The position numbers and the translations under genes are program-made. Under the pieces are notes generated by a model. It worked only from the letters and a program-made list of their open reading frames with translations, made no database searches and was not told the DNA's origin. DNA of 64,000 nt from Azolla caroliniana (lineage: Eukaryota > Plantae > Polypodiophyta), in NCBI GenBank assembly GCA_043228905.1, contig JBHGNT010000006.1:23064001-23128000 (forward strand). The letters are read 5' to 3'. Shown here piece after piece: positions 58,663 through 64,000 of the stretch. How positions within the stretch are numbered: position 1 is the first letter of the stretch; each line of letters starts with the position of its first letter.

Positions 58663-61600
58663 TGTTGGGATTACGGTCCCTCCGGATGGGATGGTCGGAT
58701 GTCCGGAGATGAATGACGACAAGCCCGGTTGCGGTTTCGGAACCGGATGATGAAGACCCCGGCTTCGGAGCCGGATGACGAATGTACTCGGAGAGAGATC
58801 CGGATGCGGGGACATATCTGTGAATATGTTTGCCAAGGGCCCTTGAGGCTATAGTTGTAAATAGCCCTAAAGTCATATGTGTATAAATATGACTTAGGGC
58901 AAACAGTTTTAATGTTGCTACTCATTTTTTCTGTTTTTCCACTCAAGAGGAGTGAAGAGAGAGCAGCCGCGAGAGAGATAGAGCGTGAGAGACGAAGAGG
59001 TCGACGCCTTTGTGTAATTCCGCCGCCTGTGGCGAGGACAGCGAGCTCAAGGTCGTCGCCTTGCAGCTCGCCATTGTATATTTCTCTGTGCATAGTTTTG
59101 GTTCGGAGTTTTGTACTCCCGTGGTTTTTCCCGTACAAGGTTTTCCACATTAAATCGTGTGTCCACTTATTTACCTTTGCATTTCCCATTTTCTGCAACA
59201 ACAATTCGTGTGTTTCCTTGGTTGTGGCCGAGAGGTGAAGTTTGGAAAGTGTCGATTATTTCCATCAATTTGGTATCAGAGCAGGCTGCTGCAGAAAATG
59301 GAAGGCGGCGGCAGCGGGCAGCCGGGGATGATGGTGCTGAATGCGCAGAATTACGCCGACTGGAAGATCAAGATGGAGGATCTGCTCATTGTTCGGGACC
59401 TGTACGAACCGATTGACAGGTCGGAAATACCGAAGGGGGTACTTGAGTCGGAATGGAGGCTTCTGAACCGGAAAGCCGTTGCAACCATTCGGCAATACGT
59501 CGACGTGAGCGTTCTACAACATGTGGCGAACGACATCAACGCATATGAGATGTGGCGGAAGCTGTCGGGCCTCTACGAGAGGAAGAATGCGTTGAACCGG
59601 ACCTCCCTGATGAGGAAGATAGTGAACCTCAAGTACTGGGACGGCGAGAGTATGGTGGAACACGTAAGCACGTTCATGGGATTCGTGAACCAGTTTGCGG
59701 CGATCAAGTTCCCGCTGGAGGATGCAATGCAAGCCATCATTCTGATGTGTACATTGCCGGAAAGCTGGGAGAACTTGGTGGTGACTCTCAGCACCTCCTG
59801 CACGGAAGATAACTTGTCCCTACAAACGGTAAAGACAAGTATTTTGAACGAAGAAGCGCGTCGGAGAGATAAAGAACCGGCCTCCGACTCGAAGGCACTG
59901 CTTACCGAATCGGAACGGGGAAGACAATGGAACCGGAGTCCGCAAAGACGGGAGAAGTCGGGGACCCGGTCGCAGTCAAGAGGAAGACCCACATGCTTCC
60001 ACTGTGGGAAGCCGGGGCACTTCCGGAAGAATTGTCGGCATTACCGAAAGGACAACGGAGCCGACGACACCGATTCGAAGAAGTCACCGGAGAGAAACGG
60101 TGCATACCGAGGAGCCACGGACCGGAGAGGTCCGGATCGGCGAGGGCAGGACCGGAAAGGAACGACGGCACTCGCGGCAAGTGAGGAAGAAATCATGCTC
60201 ATCACCGAAGAAGGTGAACTAAACATTGCCGGCGATGAGACGACCTGGGTGGTCGATTCCGGAGCATCGTTCCACCTGACCCCGGAGAGAAGATACTTCT
60301 CATCCTACACAGTCGGTGAGCATGGCTGTGTTCGGATGGGAAATGAAGGTACGTGCTGGATTGCCGGCATAGGAGACGTGTGGTTGACAACCTCGACCGG
60401 ATGCAAAATGCTGCTGAAGGATGTCCGACACGTTCCGGAGGTTCGATTGAACCTGATTTCGGCCGGGAGGCTAGACGATGAAGGCTACACAGGTAGCATC
60501 CGGAACGGCGTAATGAAGTTCAGCAAGGGGAGCCTGATAGTGGCTCGGGCCCGGAAAGTCAACACACTGTACCTTATGAATGCCTGGTTGTGTCCGGAAG
60601 AGTTGAACGTGGCAGCCGACACTGCCGGTGAGCTGTGGCACAAGAGACTGTGCCACATGAGTGAGAAGGGGATGAAGAGGCTTGCAGAAGACAACCTTAT
60701 TCCAGTGAAGCATGTGCACCTGGAGAAGTGCACCGATTGCCTGGCCGGTAAGCAGAACCGAACCTCCTTCCACTCAAGGCCACCGACGAGACGTAGCGCA
60801 CCATTGGAGTTGGTGCACACTGATGTGTGTCAGGTAGAAACGAAGTCACATGGCGGAGCCCAGTACTTCGTAACATTCATTGATGATCACAGCCGGAAGC
60901 TGTGGACGGCACCGTTGAAGACAAAGGACCAAGTGTTGTGCGTCTTCAAAGAACTCCACGCGAGAGTGGAAAGGGAATCCGGCAAGAAGCTGAAAGCGAT
61001 ACGAGCGGATAACGGAGGGGAATACCGGGGGCAGTTCGCGGAGTACTGTCGCTCGAAGGGAATCCGGCTCGAGTTTACTGTGCCGAAGACGCCGGAACTG
61101 AATGGGCTGGCCGAGAGGATGAACCGGACCATAATGGAGAGGGTCCGGAGTATGCTGGCGCATGCGGAATTACCCAAGGGGTTTTGGGCTGAGGCGATGT
61201 CAACGGCGACATACGTGATAAACAGATCACCCTCAGTACCTTTGGACGGAGACACGCCGCAGAGAGTGTGGACCGGTAGGGAAGTATCCTACTGGCATCT
61301 GAAGGTGTTCGGGTGTCTCGCATACGTGCATGTGGCAAAGGACCGGAGAGGAAAGCTAGATCCAAAGACCCGGCCATGCATATTCCTCGGTTACGGCGAT
61401 GATGAGTTCGGCTACCGAGTATGGGACCCGGTCGACAAGAAGATATTTCGGAGTCGTGATATCATCTTCATGGAGAACAAGACACTCGCCGACTGGGAGT
61501 CGGAGAAGAAGATGAAGAGCTCCAAGTCGACCGGTGAGGATAAACTCTACGAGGAGCAGTCCCGACCGGCAAGGGACCGGTTAACACTCGAAGATCCGGC

Positions 61601-63959
61601 CGAAGAAGATGAAAATGATACCGGAACCAGCCCCGATCCCGAAATGGATTCGGATGAAGAAGAATCGGAAGAACCGGTTACCGAAGCTCCGGAACGGAGA
61701 TATCCTCTAAGAGAGAGAAGGGCTCCCCGGAGATTTCCGGAACCAGAGCACGTGCTGCTAACCGACGAGGGGGAGCCGGAGAGCTTTGAAGAAGCGAAGC
61801 ATGACACCCATAGCCGCAGGTGGTTAAGTGCCATGCAGGAGGAGATGGATTCCCTGCATGAGAACCACACATATGAACTTGTGGAGTTGCCGAAAGGAAA
61901 ACGGGCACTCCGTAACAAGTGGGTGTTCAAGCTGAAACCGGGAGATGCCGGAAACCCCCCGAGATACAAAGCCAGGATCGTGGTGAAGGGGTTTCAGCAG
62001 AAGAAGGGCGTCGACTTCGACGAGATATTTGCCCCGGTAGTGAAGATGACCTCCATCCGGACGGTGCTGAGCATAGCGGCAAGCATGGACCTCGAGATAG
62101 AACAGATGGACGTGAAGACGGCATTCCTTCACGGTGACCTCGAAGAAGAGATCTACATGCAGCAACCGGAAGGATTCGAGAAGAAAGGGAAGGAGCACCT
62201 GGTATGCCGGTTGAAGAAGAGCCTTTACGGTCTGAAGCAGGCTCCCCGGCAATGGTACCGGAAGTTCGACTCCTTCATGACAGACGAAGGGTACCACAAA
62301 ACGCAGTCCGATCACTGCGTGTTTGTGAAGAAGTTCGAAGGAGGAGACTTTCTAATACTCCTCCTGTACGTGGACGACATGTTGATCGTCGGACGAGACC
62401 AGGTCAAGATATGGATGCTGAAGAAGGCTCTTCACCGAACCTTCTCAATGAAGGACCTGGGTCCGGCGAGGCAAATACTAGGGATGCACATCATCCGGGA
62501 CCGAAAGAAGAAGCAGTTGTGGCTGTCACAGGAGAAGTACGTGACAAAGGTGCTTCACCGGTTTAACATGTCGGAAGCAAGACCGGTCGGGTCAACACTG
62601 CCGGCAAACTGCAAGCTGTCCAGCAAGCAGAGCCCCAAGACAAAGGCTGAGAAGGAGGACATGATGAAAGTACCATATGCCTCTGCCGTCGGGAGCTTGA
62701 TGTACGCAATGGTGTGTACCCGACCGGACATAGGATATGCAGTCGGAGTGGTGAGCCGGTACATGAGCAATCCCGGCAAAGAGCATTGGAACGCGGCCAA
62801 GTGGATACTCCGATACCTGAAGGGCACGGCAAACGTGTGCCTCCGATTCGGCTCCGGTAAGCCCGAACTCGACGGCTTCACCGATTCGGATATGTCGGCT
62901 GATGCAGATACCAACCGGTCCACATCAGGGTATGTGATGACGTATGCAGGGGGAGCTGTTTCATAGCAGTCGAGGCTGCAGAAGACGGTTGCGTTGTCAA
63001 CCGCGGAGGCGGAGTACATGGCGGCTGTTGAAGCCGGCAAGGAAATAATATGGATGAAGGACTTCATTAGAGAGCTCGGTATCCGGCAGGAGGAGTACCG
63101 ACTCTACTGCGACAGTCAGAGTGCAATCCACCTTGCGAAGAACGCGGCCTATCACTCCCGGACGAAGCACATCCAGCGAAGATATCACTAGATCCGGGAA
63201 AGGATAGAAGACAAGGAGTTCGTGCTGACGAAGATCCACACGGACGAGAACGGGTTGGATATGCTGACCAAGGTGCTCACACCCGACAAGCTGGAAGCGT
63301 GCCGGAAGAGGATCGGATTGGAGAGACATCCCATGCCGAAGTGAAGGGGGAGTTTGTTGGGATTACGGTCCCTCCGGATGGGATGGTCGGATGTCCGGAG
63401 ATGAATGACGACAAGCCCGGTTGCGGTTTCGGAACCGGATGATGAAGACCCCGGCTTCGGAGCCGGATGACGAATGTACCCGGAGAGAGATCCGGATGCG
63501 GGGACATATCTGTGAATATGTTTGCCAAGGGCCCTTGAGGCTATAGTTGTAAATAGCCCTAAAGTCATATGTGTATAAATATGACTTAGGGCAAACAGTT
63601 TTAATGTTGCTACTCATTTTTTCTGTTTTTCCACTCAAGAGGAGTGAAGAGAGAGCAGCCGCGAGAGAGATAGAGCGTGAGAGACGAAGAGGTCGACGCC
63701 TCTGTGTAATTCCGCCGCCTGTGGCGAGGACAACGAGCTCAAGGTCGTCGCCTTGCAGCTCGCCATTGTATATTTCTCTGTGCATAGTTTTGGTTCGGAG
63801 TTTTGTACTCCCGTGGTTTTTCCCGTACAGGGTTTTCCACGTTAAATCGTGTGTCCACTTATTTACCTTTGCATTTCCCATTTTCTGCAACAACGATTCG
63901 TGTGTTTCCTTGGTTGTGGCCGAGAGGTGAAGTTTGGAAAGTGTCGATTATTTCCATCA
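58663..63959 (+). mobile_element. Full-length Ty1/Copia retrotransposon, young
   Basis: 605-bp LTRs 58663-59267 and 63355-63959 (6 transitions counted), TSD AGTAC, PBS TGGTATCAGAGC 59271-59282, PPT GAAGGGGGAG; empty site in copy A near 24466-24470. Confidence 0.98.
59298..63344 (+). pseudogene. Copia gag-pol polyprotein with two premature TGG>TAG stops in RNase H (62964-62966, 63189-63191)
   Basis: Continuous frame gag-PR-INT-RT-RH; natural stop 63342-63344. Confidence 0.95.
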
Positions 63960-64000
63960 AGTACTTCTGTCAGTTTGTATGGACTTGTATAAAAGTGCTC

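Noticed and set aside
59157-59297. N-terminal extensions of the Copia ORFs (also 13919-14137)
   Set aside because: They lie in LTR/PBS sequence; the likely starts are 59298 and 14138.

Overview
Repeat-rich eukaryotic nuclear DNA from a land plant, probably a non-seed plant; this is inferred from Tcn1-like and fungal-like Gypsy elements, plant Copia elements with a tRNA-iMet PBS, and a CYP71-clan P450. Most of the window is nested transposable elements. These include a complete but internally deleted Gypsy with an extra 3' ORF (139-8590); four pieces of one CCGG-rich Copia family plus a near-intact relative (58663-63959); a fungal-like Gypsy with a tRNA-Trp PBS and a -1 frameshift signal; several Tcn1-like chromoviruses; and L1- and RTE-like LINE remnants. 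There is a 100-N assembly gap. The only intact host gene is a 3-exon cytochrome P450 (52119-53905). Three observations stand out. (1) An ~11.7-kb Sola-like (DUF7869-type) DNA transposon (37011-48728; 30-bp TIRs, 4-bp TSD, empty-site paralogue in the window) carries a decayed, intron-containing ParB-like + beta-class N4C/N6A DNA methyltransferase gene, divergent from its transposase. (2) Antisense tRNA-like A-box/B-box cassettes with constant 43-nt spacing occur in the U3 of LTRs from several different retrotransposon families. (3) One LTR core is shared between a Copia and a Gypsy element. Family names come from motif recognition by eye; no database search was run.
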